From NCBI GenBank assembly GCA_963714085.1, contig OY970229.1:416001-480000 (forward strand): DNA of 64,000 nt. The letters run 5' to 3'. Below the pieces are notes generated by a model. That model was not told where the DNA came from. It made no database searches and saw only the letters and a list, made by a program, of their open reading frames with translations. A program made the position numbers and the translations under genes. Each line of letters opens with the position of its first letter. The first letter of the stretch is position 1. Shown here in pieces: positions 28,465-37,160 of this stretch. This DNA comes from an uncultured Candidatus Micrarchaeota archaeon. GTDB lineage: Archaea; Micrarchaeota; Micrarchaeia; Anstonellales; Bilamarchaeaceae.

Positions 28465-30009
28465 TCATCCGCACCCCGACATGCCGTTGTTGCAGTCTAT
28501 CGGTCCGACCTGGTATGCGGTTACCGCATCCGGGCCCAGGCTGAATATGCCCGTATCAGGGGTATCGCTGCACATGAAGTCGTCCTTGCACCCTGGGAGG
28601 CCGCGTATCTTGATGCCCGAGACCTTGTTGAACATATCGTAGTCGACCCTGCTGTAGCCGTCGCCTATGCTGTTGTTCACATAGGTGCCTATCAGGAATG
28701 TGGATATCCCGTAAGTGCTGTCATTGTAGTGGTATGAATCGTTCAGGAGCCGCTGCATGTAGGACGGACCGTACGGGTCTGCGACGTAATAGCCGCACAT
28801 GGTGTAATCGCGCAGGCTCTCTATGTCGTATATCTGGGACTTCCTGCCTTTGCTCTCCGAATTTGGGAGATTGGCGCCTTCAGGCGTCGTGGCCATGATG
28901 AGCGCGCAGTGCTCCTGGGCGCCGGTGTTCAGGTCAGGGCAGGTCGGGGCCTTGGATATGTCGAAATCCGGCGCAATCACGAATGGCTTGTTCGTCGTGC
29001 TGCCAAAGCCTATGTTGCATGCGGCACCAGTATAGGTCAGCGGGTTGATCGTTTCGGTCTCGCTCTGGTAAGTGGGGCCTACGGATCCGTTCGGGTATAT
29101 CACGGTGCAGGGCGTGGTTTTTATCGGAGTGGTCACGATGTAGCCGCCGAAGCCCTGGAGATTGCTGACTACATCCGCATAGTCGCCGACGAGTATGTAG
29201 CCTCCCTGCTCAGCGGGTTTGATTGTGCTGGCATTGCTCGCACTGATTAGGTAGCCGTAGAGCCATCCCTGGCCCGCTGATCCGGAGGCGAGCAGGTTCG
29301 GGGCCAGGCTGGACGTGCCGGTGTAACCGCTGTAGAAGTAGAACCTCCTGCCGAGTATCTGGTACGGGCCGGCGGACGCCCGTGCGATCGCTGGGTCCGG
29401 CAGGCCGCTGATGTTCACCGAGCCGTTGATGTCGTACGACCTCGAGACTGATGTGGTGCCGGAGAAGTCCGCCATGCTGAGGTTCATCTTATACGAGTAG
29501 TTGAGCGTCTGTATGTCTCTCTGGGAGATGCTGAAATCGGATATCGTGAAGCCGTCCACGTACACCCCGACCGCGGACAGGGAGTTGTTCAGGCTCTCCA
29601 TCCACGCGGTTATGGAGGATGCAGGCTCGGAAGGCGCGGTCCCGCCCATGAAATCCGCCTTGTCAGGGCTGCCGTTCAGGAGCCATTGCCCGAATGCGGC
29701 CTTCACGTAGTACTTCTGGTCCCCGGGCACGGTGTTCAGCGGGTGGTCTATTGAGTAGTTGTTGAGCACGAACAGGCCGCGGTTCATCACCATGGAGGTT
29801 GCGGACTCGATCTTGGCCTGGGTTATCTGCTCCATGGCGAGCTCCACGTTGGACTCCTTGTACATCTCGGAATAGCCGCTCTCCGCGGTCTCTATGGATT
29901 TCACCCACACCGAGATGGAGAGCAGTATGTAGGTGAGGATGAGGAATATCGTGACCACGAAGAGGAATCCCTTCCTGTTGTCCGGCTGTCCCGATTTCTG
30001 CACCCTCAA
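28465..30009 (-). CDS. Large pilin-like/adhesin protein (class III signal peptide)
   Basis: RKG/FLFVVTIFLIL; Cys/Gly/Tyr-rich extracellular region; start TTG 30009 or GTG 30003. Confidence 0.78.
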   Translation of the reverse strand: MRVQKSGQPDNRKGFLFVVTIFLILTYILLSISVWVKSIETAESGYSEMYKESNVELAMEQITQAKIESATSMVMNRGLFVLNNYSIDHPLNTVPGDQKYYVKAAFGQWLLNGSPDKADFMGGTAPSEPASSITAWMESLNNSLSAVGVYVDGFTISDFSISQRDIQTLNYSYKMNLSMADFSGTTSVSRSYDINGSVNISGLPDPAIARASAGPYQILGRRFYFYSGYTGTSSLAPNLLASGSAGQGWLYGYLISASNASTIKPAEQGGYILVGDYADVVSNLQGFGGYIVTTPIKTTPCTVIYPNGSVGPTYQSETETINPLTYTGAACNIGFGSTTNKPFVIAPDFDISKAPTCPDLNTGAQEHCALIMATTPEGANLPNSESKGRKSQIYDIESLRDYTMCGYYVADPYGPSYMQRLLNDSYHYNDSTYGISTFLIGTYVNNSIGDGYSRVDYDMFNKVSGIKIRGLPGCKDDFMCSDTPDTGIFSLGPDAVTAYQVGPIDCNNGMSGCG

Positions 30010-30013
30010 TCAC

Positions 30014-30634
30014 CTATATGAATATGGTAAGCCTCACGAGCCTGAAGCTCGGGGACGGCACGTAGACCCCGGCTCCTCCGATGCCTGCCGGCGCGTTGGA
30101 CGGGGAGCTCGAGCAGGTCAGCACAGGGCCGACCTGGCCTCCGTTGCAGGTCTCGTAAGTGAATGGATCCGGCGCGTCCTTGTTCGCCAGGTCATTGGGG
30201 TTCTGGAACACCACGACCTGGGATGACACGCTCATCTTCAGCTTCGTTCTCGCATGGCCGTCGTTCTGAGAGGACGTGTCGTAGAGTGGCGCCCAGGTCT
30301 GGCCGTTGTCCTGGCTGATTTCGAGCTTATAGCCGAATTGATCTGGCACCACGGCGCCGATGGAATTGCGGATGTTATCCTGGGAATCGGTCCCGAATAC
30401 GATGTTGTCCAGAATCGAGCTATGAGACAGGTTACAGGAGAATTGCGGCGTCACGCAGTCCGAGGTGGACAGCGAATATAGCGTGTCCTTGGTGAGGTAC
30501 TGCCCCTGGGTGAGCAGGTAGTAATACGACGACGGTATCGCCGAGAAGAATATCAGGGTGTAGATGGCGACAAGCGCCAGCGTGAAGGCTACGAAGGAGT
30601 CTAGGGAGAATATGAATGCCTTCATATCAATCAC
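30014..30634 (-). CDS. Type IV pilin-like protein (class III signal peptide)
   Basis: KA/FIFSLDSFVAFTLAL motif with D near +5/+6. Confidence 0.8.
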   Translation of the reverse strand: MIDMKAFIFSLDSFVAFTLALVAIYTLIFFSAIPSSYYYLLTQGQYLTKDTLYSLSTSDCVTPQFSCNLSHSSILDNIVFGTDSQDNIRNSIGAVVPDQFGYKLEISQDNGQTWAPLYDTSSQNDGHARTKLKMSVSSQVVVFQNPNDLANKDAPDPFTYETCNGGQVGPVLTCSSSPSNAPAGIGGAGVYVPSPSFRLVRLTIFI

Positions 30635-30699
30635 TTTTGTTCACATATCATTTAAAACCATATGTTTTTTCTCATTTTCACCCACTTTAACACGCGGAT

Positions 30700-31653
30700 T
30701 CATTTGTAGTCCAACTGCGTCTGCTGGGCGTCCATGCCCGGCAGCTTGAACAGGGACAACGAGCCGAGAATGCCCCCGCTCGCATCGCCCTCGCTGGCAG
30801 TCACCGGCACGTCGCACACGCTTATCTGGGACGGGTCGCTGTACGATATGCCCGCCATGTCCGCGGCCTTCTTTATCGCATCCTGCTCTGTGCCGGTCCG
30901 GTCCACCAGTCCGACCTGCACGGCCTGGGTCCCCGAGAGGATCCTGCCGTCCAGCACCTGGGCGAAGAGCGCGGAATTGAGCCGGGTGCCGCGGTTCTGC
31001 ACCACGATGTGCTCGAACTCCTGGAACACCTGGGACACTATGGAGTATGTGATGTTGTAATCCTCGTCGCTGAGCGGCCGGGACATACTGCCTATCTCCT
31101 TTTCCTGCCCGGAGGCCACGCTCGTGACGTTGACCCCGACCTTCTCCAGCAGGCCGGACATGTCCGTGAAGGTCGTTACCACGCCTATGCTGCCCGTGAT
31201 CGCGTCGGGATCGGATATTATATAGTCGGTTCCGCTCGCCACGTAGTAGGCGCCGGACGCCGCCATCTCCCTGATATAGGATACCTTCGGCTTGTTCAGG
31301 CCCTTGACCGCGTTGTATACCTCGTGCGTGGCCACGACGTCACCGCCAGGCGAGTCGAACACGAAGACCACCGCGCCGACATCGTCCCGGCTGTCCAGGG
31401 CGTTTATGGCGGTCGCCAGGTCCATTGAGCTTGGCACTCCGGCGCTTAGCAGCGAGGGCGCTTGGCCCTGCGTTGTCAGTTCCGTGTCGATGTGCACCAC
31501 CGCAACGCACCTGCCCATGAAGGACGGAAGCAGCGAGGTCGCCGCGATGAAGATCAATATCAGCACCACGAAAATTGCCGCGAGGAGCAGCGCGGTCTTG
31601 AGGATATGAGGCGTGTTTCGCTCCTGCTTTTCAAATTTCCGTTGCGGTTCCAT
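30700..31653 (-). CDS. sppA: Signal peptide peptidase SppA (S49)
   Basis: DSPGG, MAASGAYYVAS, ITGSIGV, DGRI, GLVD. Confidence 0.95.
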   Translation of the reverse strand: MEPQRKFEKQERNTPHILKTALLLAAIFVVLILIFIAATSLLPSFMGRCVAVVHIDTELTTQGQAPSLLSAGVPSSMDLATAINALDSRDDVGAVVFVFDSPGGDVVATHEVYNAVKGLNKPKVSYIREMAASGAYYVASGTDYIISDPDAITGSIGVVTTFTDMSGLLEKVGVNVTSVASGQEKEIGSMSRPLSDEDYNITYSIVSQVFQEFEHIVVQNRGTRLNSALFAQVLDGRILSGTQAVQVGLVDRTGTEQDAIKKAADMAGISYSDPSQISVCDVPVTASEGDASGGILGSLSLFKLPGMDAQQTQLDYK

Positions 31654-31706
31654 GGTGGAAGAATCAACGCTACTAAATAAAAAGGTTGGTGAGGGAAAAA
31701 CACCCC

Positions 31707-32222
31707 ATGGCGGATTTTCTGAGCCTCGTGCTGTTCCTGCTGCCGATCTACATCGCCAACAGCGTACCGGTGCTGCTAGGAGGCGGGCTGAGACTGGACC
31801 TCGGCCTGGGCTTCTCCGACGGCAGGCCGCTGCTCGGCGAGGGCAAGACCCTGCGCGGCTTCGTCGCGGGCGTGGCCGGAGGCACGGTGGCGGCCGGACT
31901 GCTGGCTGCGCTCTATCCGCTGCAATGGTTCCCGACCCCGGGCTCGCAGTTCCTGGGTGGCGCGCTCATGGCGCTGGGCACCATGTGCGGGGATGCGGCC
32001 GGCTCGTTCCTGAAAAGGCGCCTAGGCATGGAATCCGGCAAGCCTTTCCTCCTGGACACCATGCTCTTCCTCGCCTTCGCCCTGGTCTTCGTGTTCCCGC
32101 TCGTGGGCGCGTCGCTCTACTCAATCCCGAACCTCGTCTTCCTGTTCGCGCTGACCATAGTGCTCCATCCAGCGACGAATTTCATAGCCAACAGGGCCGG
32201 GCTGAAGAAGGTGCCATGGTAG
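31707..32222 (+). CDS. carS: CDP-archaeol synthase
   Basis: PIYIANSVPV, DGRPLLGEGKTLRG, GDAAGSFLKRRLG, LKKVPW. Confidence 0.94.
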   Translation: MADFLSLVLFLLPIYIANSVPVLLGGGLRLDLGLGFSDGRPLLGEGKTLRGFVAGVAGGTVAAGLLAALYPLQWFPTPGSQFLGGALMALGTMCGDAAGSFLKRRLGMESGKPFLLDTMLFLAFALVFVFPLVGASLYSIPNLVFLFALTIVLHPATNFIANRAGLKKVPW

Positions 32223-32224
32223 GT

Positions 32225-32881
32225 TCAGTCCTTCCTGAACCCGTACCTGCCTGAGAGGGGCACGAACATCACTGGCAGCAACGGGTCCCTCCTCCCGCTT
32301 TTCCTGTCGAAGAGGATGAGGTCCTGGTAGAGGATGGTGCCCACCGGGGCGATGAGCCTGCCCTCCGGCCCCAGCTGCCTGATCAAAGGATGGTTGAAGC
32401 CCAGCCATGGCATCGCGGCTGTGACGATTATCCGGTCGTAGGGCGCGTTCTGCTCGTAGCCGCGGCTCCCGTCCCAGGCCACGAACTCGATGTTGCGGCA
32501 GTCCGCGGACGCCTTCGCGCAGTTTGACTTCGCCGTCTCCACCAGCTCGGGCATGATGTCCACCGTGGTCACCCTGCCCCCCGGGCCGGCGAGCTTGGAG
32601 AGCAGGCAGCAGTTGTACCCGCTGCCGGTCCCGACTTCCAGGATCCGCATCCCCTTCCTCACATCCAGCTTCTCCAGCATGAACGCGACCACGCTCGGCG
32701 CCGAGATGGTCTGCCCGTAGCCCACCGGAAGGGCGGTGTCGGCGTATGCGAATACCTTTTCGGATTCAGGGACGAAGCATGCGCGGTCCACGCTCAGCAT
32801 GGCTTCCCGCACGCTCCTGCTTTTGAGGTAGCCGGTGGCGACGAGGTAATGGACCATCACGCTGAGCCCCTTTTCAAGCAT
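32225..32881 (-). CDS. pcm: Protein-L-isoaspartate O-methyltransferase
   Basis: GQTISAP, LEVGTGSGY, APYDRIIVTAA, FVPL. Confidence 0.96.
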   Translation of the reverse strand: MLEKGLSVMVHYLVATGYLKSRSVREAMLSVDRACFVPESEKVFAYADTALPVGYGQTISAPSVVAFMLEKLDVRKGMRILEVGTGSGYNCCLLSKLAGPGGRVTTVDIMPELVETAKSNCAKASADCRNIEFVAWDGSRGYEQNAPYDRIIVTAAMPWLGFNHPLIRQLGPEGRLIAPVGTILYQDLILFDRKSGRRDPLLPVMFVPLSGRYGFRKD

Positions 32882-32913
32882 GCAATTTAAAAGAAAGCAA
32901 CAGATATATAGAT

Positions 32914-33705
32914 ATGCCGAACCAGACTTTCGGGGGCGACGACGACAGCGGCGCCCCTGCGCCGGAGGAGAAGAAGCGCAAGATAGACCTCTCCCGGTTC
33001 TCGAAGGGCCAGGACATGAACATCAGCCAGCTGTTCTGGGACATCGTGGAGGCTTACGCCGAGGGCAAGCGTCCCGAGAGCTTCGGCGGCCTGGAGAACG
33101 ACCGGCTCGCGCTGGTGCGCGCGGCGGTCGGTGCGCTCACGAGGCCCTCGCCCCTGCACGCGAGGCTCGCGCCCGAGACCGTTTCCCGCTACGCGCTCAT
33201 GATGCTCTTGGACGCCGGATGGCAGGACGCGCTAGCTGAGTTCCTGGAGGAATGCAACCATAGGGAAGCGCAGAGGCGCGCGGCCGCTGCCGGGATGCGG
33301 GACCTTGCAGCCGATGCGGGATACAGCCCGCTCGTGATGGAATCCCTCAGGGCCATGCTCAGGAACCGCGAGGCGGGCGGGACCGCGCTCAGGTACATCG
33401 CGGGGATCGGCTCCCCTGCGCTGCTCAAGGGGCTGGAGAAGGAGCTGCTGATATTCGCCAGGGGGGACATCGGAGAGAACCAGCTGAACGCCATCGGAGC
33501 GCTCGCACTGCTGGAGGACGAGGAGGCGACCAAGGCCATGATCGCGCTGCTCACCCACTGGGACGATGGCGCGAGGAAGGCCGCTGCCGAGGCTCTGCTC
33601 AAAAGGGGTGGAAGCGAGGCTGCGGCCGCGGCTGCGAAAAGGCTCGCGTCCGAAACCGACCCTGATATAAGAAGTATGCTTGAGAAGATAGCGAAGAAGA
33701 AGTAA
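32914..33705 (+). CDS. HEAT-repeat protein
   Basis: ARKAAAEAL, NAIGAL, ETDPDIR helical repeats. Confidence 0.72.
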   Translation: MPNQTFGGDDDSGAPAPEEKKRKIDLSRFSKGQDMNISQLFWDIVEAYAEGKRPESFGGLENDRLALVRAAVGALTRPSPLHARLAPETVSRYALMMLLDAGWQDALAEFLEECNHREAQRRAAAAGMRDLAADAGYSPLVMESLRAMLRNREAGGTALRYIAGIGSPALLKGLEKELLIFARGDIGENQLNAIGALALLEDEEATKAMIALLTHWDDGARKAAAEALLKRGGSEAAAAAAKRLASETDPDIRSMLEKIAKKK

Positions 33706-33720
33706 GAGGCTGATGCTGAT

Positions 33721-34242
33721 ATGGAGATTGTGAGGATACCCACGGAACGACTTAAGGCCCTGCTCGGCGAGAAGGGCGAGACCAAATCCCTCATAGAGAA
33801 GAAGTGCAACGTGAAGCTGGACGTAGACGAGGAGGGCGAAGTCCGCATAAACGGGGACAGCGCGGACATCTTCTTCGCCAAGGACGTGGTGAAAGCGGTG
33901 GGGAGGGGATTCGAGCCCAGGGACGCGCTCAGGATAGCCAACGACAGCTACCAGTTCGAGCTCATAGACCTCAAGGACATCCTCAAGAACGAGAAGGCGA
34001 TAACGCGGATAAAGGGCAGGATAATCGGCGAGAAGGGCAAGATGAAGTCCGAGATAGAAGCCGCGACCGAATCCGTGATCGCGGTGTACGGCTACACCGT
34101 GGGTATAATCTCGCGGCTCGACACCATGCAGTACGCCAGGGAGGCGGTGATGCGGCTCGTGGATGGCGCGGAGCACATGAGCGTGTTCAACTACCTGGCG
34201 AAGGTGAAGAAGGACATCCTCGTGAGCAGGCTGGTCCAGTGA
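33721..34242 (+). CDS. KH-domain rRNA-processing protein (Dim2/Pno1-like)
   Basis: VRIPTERLKALLGEKG, AVGRGF, RIKGRIIGEKGK; position upstream of top6B. Confidence 0.93.
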   Translation: MEIVRIPTERLKALLGEKGETKSLIEKKCNVKLDVDEEGEVRINGDSADIFFAKDVVKAVGRGFEPRDALRIANDSYQFELIDLKDILKNEKAITRIKGRIIGEKGKMKSEIEAATESVIAVYGYTVGIISRLDTMQYAREAVMRLVDGAEHMSVFNYLAKVKKDILVSRLVQ

Positions 34243-34400
34243 TGGTGAACTTGATTTAACGATTATTTTACCAAGTTTAACGCTCTTCATCAAAAGCCGG
34301 ATGGGACTTGTTCGGATTGCGACCGGCTCCGGATGGGAGCAGCCTTTTTAATCTTTTTAAGGAAATCACAGACAGACCTCCCAAAGACAACGGTGTTTGC

Positions 34401-36011
34401 ATGGCTGATGGCGAGAACATATTTGCGCAGTTCAAGGAGCACTCGGTGGCGGAATTCTTCAAGAAGAACCAGCAGATGCTGGGTTTCTCCGGGAAGGTGC
34501 GCTCGCTCACCACGGTGGTGCACGAGCTTGTAACCAATTCTATCGACGCCTGCGAGGAGGCGGGCATACTCCCAGAAATAACCGTGAACCTGGAGGAGCT
34601 CGGCGAGGAGCATTACAGGCTCACTGTGCAGGACAACGGTCCGGGGATACCCAAGACGCACGTGGGCAAGGCGCTGGGCCAGATGCTCGCTGGGACCAAG
34701 TTCCACAGGTACATACAGCAGCGCGGCCAGCAGGGCATAGGCGCTAGTGGTTGTTGCATGTTCTCCTACCTGACCACGGGCAAGCCGACGAAGGCGGTCT
34801 CCTGCTACAAAGGCACGCGGTACGACCTCGAGGTGCTCATAGACTTCAAGACCAACAAGCCGCTGCTCAACATGATCTCCGAGAGCCCGACGGACCAGCA
34901 CGGCCTCACCGTGATATCCGAATACAAGGGAGTGAAGCACGAGCAGTCCAACAAGGGCATATTCGAGTACCTGAGGAGGACCGCGCTGGTGAACCCCCAC
35001 GCGTCTATCACGTTCATGGACCCCGTGACGGGGAAGGTCTCCCTTCCCAGGTCCACCGAGGTCATACCGCCGAAGCCGTTCGAGATAAAGCCCCATCCGC
35101 TGGGCATATCGCCACACGACCTCCTGGAGACGAGCCACCAGTATTCCACGGATTACAGGAAGCTCTCCTCCATGCTGCAGAACGCGTTCTCGCGAGTCAG
35201 CAGCGCGAAGGTGGAGGAGCTCAGGCGCCTCGTGCCGGACGTGGATTTCGACAAGAACCCGGCACTGCTCACATGGGAGGAAGCGGAGAAGGTGGTGAAG
35301 GGGTTCGGGCAGGTGAAGTGGATTGCCCCTGCGACCGACTCCCTCGTCCCAATAGGCCAGGCGCAGATAGAGAACTCGTTCAAGAACATCTTCAGCCCGG
35401 AACTCGTGATAGTCACCGAGAGGAGCCCGAAGGTCTACAAGGGGGGCATCCCGTTCATAGTGGAGGCAGGCATCGCATACGGAGGCGGGATAGCCGCCGC
35501 GGGCAAGCAGGGAGAGGTGATGCGCTTCGCCAACAAGGTGCCGCTCCTGTTCGACACGTCCGGATGCGCCATAACCGAGACCGTGAAGGCGATCGACTGG
35601 AACAGGTACAACCTGAAGAATTTCGACGAGGAGCCTATCGCGGTGCTCGTGAACCTCGCGTCCGTGCACATACCCTACACCGGGGCTGGCAAGCAGGCTG
35701 TGGCCGCTGAGGAGGAGGTCGAGAACGAGATAAGGTTCGCCGTGATGGAGGCCGCGCGCGGCATCCAGAGGTACCTCTCAGGCAAGCGGAAGGCGCATGA
35801 CATAGCGACCAGGAAGAAGCTAGTGGAGAGGTACGTGGAGCAGCTCTCCGCCGACCTGGCCGACCTCTCGGGCAGCAAGAAGGACAAGATCGTCAAGAAG
35901 CTCAATCAGATAATCGAGGACAAATACGCGGGGCCGGGCGCCGAAGGCGAGGATGAAGAAGGGCCCGCGGCGGAGACCGAAAACGAGGACTCGGACAGAG
36001 GCGATGAGTGA
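34401..36011 (+). CDS. top6B: DNA topoisomerase VI subunit B
   Basis: SVAEFF, ELVTNSIDA, DNGPGI, QRGQQGIG, RFANKVPLL. Confidence 0.97.
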   Translation: MADGENIFAQFKEHSVAEFFKKNQQMLGFSGKVRSLTTVVHELVTNSIDACEEAGILPEITVNLEELGEEHYRLTVQDNGPGIPKTHVGKALGQMLAGTKFHRYIQQRGQQGIGASGCCMFSYLTTGKPTKAVSCYKGTRYDLEVLIDFKTNKPLLNMISESPTDQHGLTVISEYKGVKHEQSNKGIFEYLRRTALVNPHASITFMDPVTGKVSLPRSTEVIPPKPFEIKPHPLGISPHDLLETSHQYSTDYRKLSSMLQNAFSRVSSAKVEELRRLVPDVDFDKNPALLTWEEAEKVVKGFGQVKWIAPATDSLVPIGQAQIENSFKNIFSPELVIVTERSPKVYKGGIPFIVEAGIAYGGGIAAAGKQGEVMRFANKVPLLFDTSGCAITETVKAIDWNRYNLKNFDEEPIAVLVNLASVHIPYTGAGKQAVAAEEEVENEIRFAVMEAARGIQRYLSGKRKAHDIATRKKLVERYVEQLSADLADLSGSKKDKIVKKLNQIIEDKYAGPGAEGEDEEGPAAETENEDSDRGDE

Positions 36012-37108
36012 TGGCAGAGAAAGCGACGCTTAAGAAACTCGAGGAGATGGGCACCGGCATGGTGAAGCAGATAGACGCCGGAGACGGGCCCACGTTCGAG
36101 ACCGTGCTGAGGACGAAATCCAACACCATCTACGATGAAGGGATCGGGTGCCTGAGGACCGGGGACAAGAAGGAACTGAGGAAGTTCCTGAGCATGGCCC
36201 AGGCCAAGACGTTCATGCAGACCGTCGCGATAGCGTCCAAGACCAGGAAATTCGTGAAGGAGGAGCTTCACACGTCGATCAGGGGCCTCTTCTACCAGCT
36301 CAAGTTCTCGCTGGGCGAGGACCTGGACGAGGATTTGTTCTCCGAGCAATCGGAGTCCAACGGGCTGATAGAGGACCTGGAGGTCGCGCTCGGCATAAAG
36401 AGGGAGGATTTGAACCTCACCACGGACAGGAAGGGGTTCGTGGCCGGCCCCATGACCATACTCGACAGGTTCGGAGGGGAGGAGACGCTCATAGACCTGG
36501 AGAAGCAGGGCAGGAGCGGCTGGTCCATACCGAGCGACGTGGACAACGGGATGGACATAAAGAAGCTGGACGCTGATTACGTGCTCGTTGTGGAGAAGGA
36601 CGCGCTGTGGCAGAGGCTCAACGAGGACAAGTTCTGGAAGAAGGAGAACTGCATACTTGTGACGCCAAAGGGCCAGAGCACGCGGGGGACAAGGCGGCTG
36701 CTGCGGAAGCTCGCGGACAGGAAGCTGCCGGTCTACTGCCTGATGGACTGCGACGCGTGGGGATGGTACATCTACTGGACCATAAAGACCGGCTCCATGA
36801 ACCTCGCCTACCTGGGCAGGGACTTCGCGGTCCCAGAGGCGCGCTTCATCGGGGTGACCATGTCGGACATTCAGGAGTTCGAGTTCCTCCAGAAGCTCAC
36901 GATCAACGCCAAGGAGGTCGACATCAAGCGCGCGGAGGAGATGCTCGGCTACCCCTGGATAAACCGGCACCCCGAGTGGGTGAAGGAGCTCAAGATGGTG
37001 CTCAAGACCAAGAAGAAGATCGAGCAGGACGCGCTGCAGGGGCAGAGGCTGACGTTCGTCGGGGAGTACATCAACAAGAAGATAAAGAAGAAGGACTGGC
37101 TGCCTTAG
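36011..37108 (+). CDS. top6A: DNA topoisomerase VI subunit A
   Basis: SIRGLFYQ (catalytic Tyr), VVEKDA, KGQ, DCDAWG, KKIEQDAL. Confidence 0.96.
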   Translation: MAEKATLKKLEEMGTGMVKQIDAGDGPTFETVLRTKSNTIYDEGIGCLRTGDKKELRKFLSMAQAKTFMQTVAIASKTRKFVKEELHTSIRGLFYQLKFSLGEDLDEDLFSEQSESNGLIEDLEVALGIKREDLNLTTDRKGFVAGPMTILDRFGGEETLIDLEKQGRSGWSIPSDVDNGMDIKKLDADYVLVVEKDALWQRLNEDKFWKKENCILVTPKGQSTRGTRRLLRKLADRKLPVYCLMDCDAWGWYIYWTIKTGSMNLAYLGRDFAVPEARFIGVTMSDIQEFEFLQKLTINAKEVDIKRAEEMLGYPWINRHPEWVKELKMVLKTKKKIEQDALQGQRLTFVGEYINKKIKKKDWLP

Positions 37109-37160
37109 TACAATTTTTGATTGAAGGCATAGCCGTGCCCGGGCCGCTCCTGAAAAAGCG

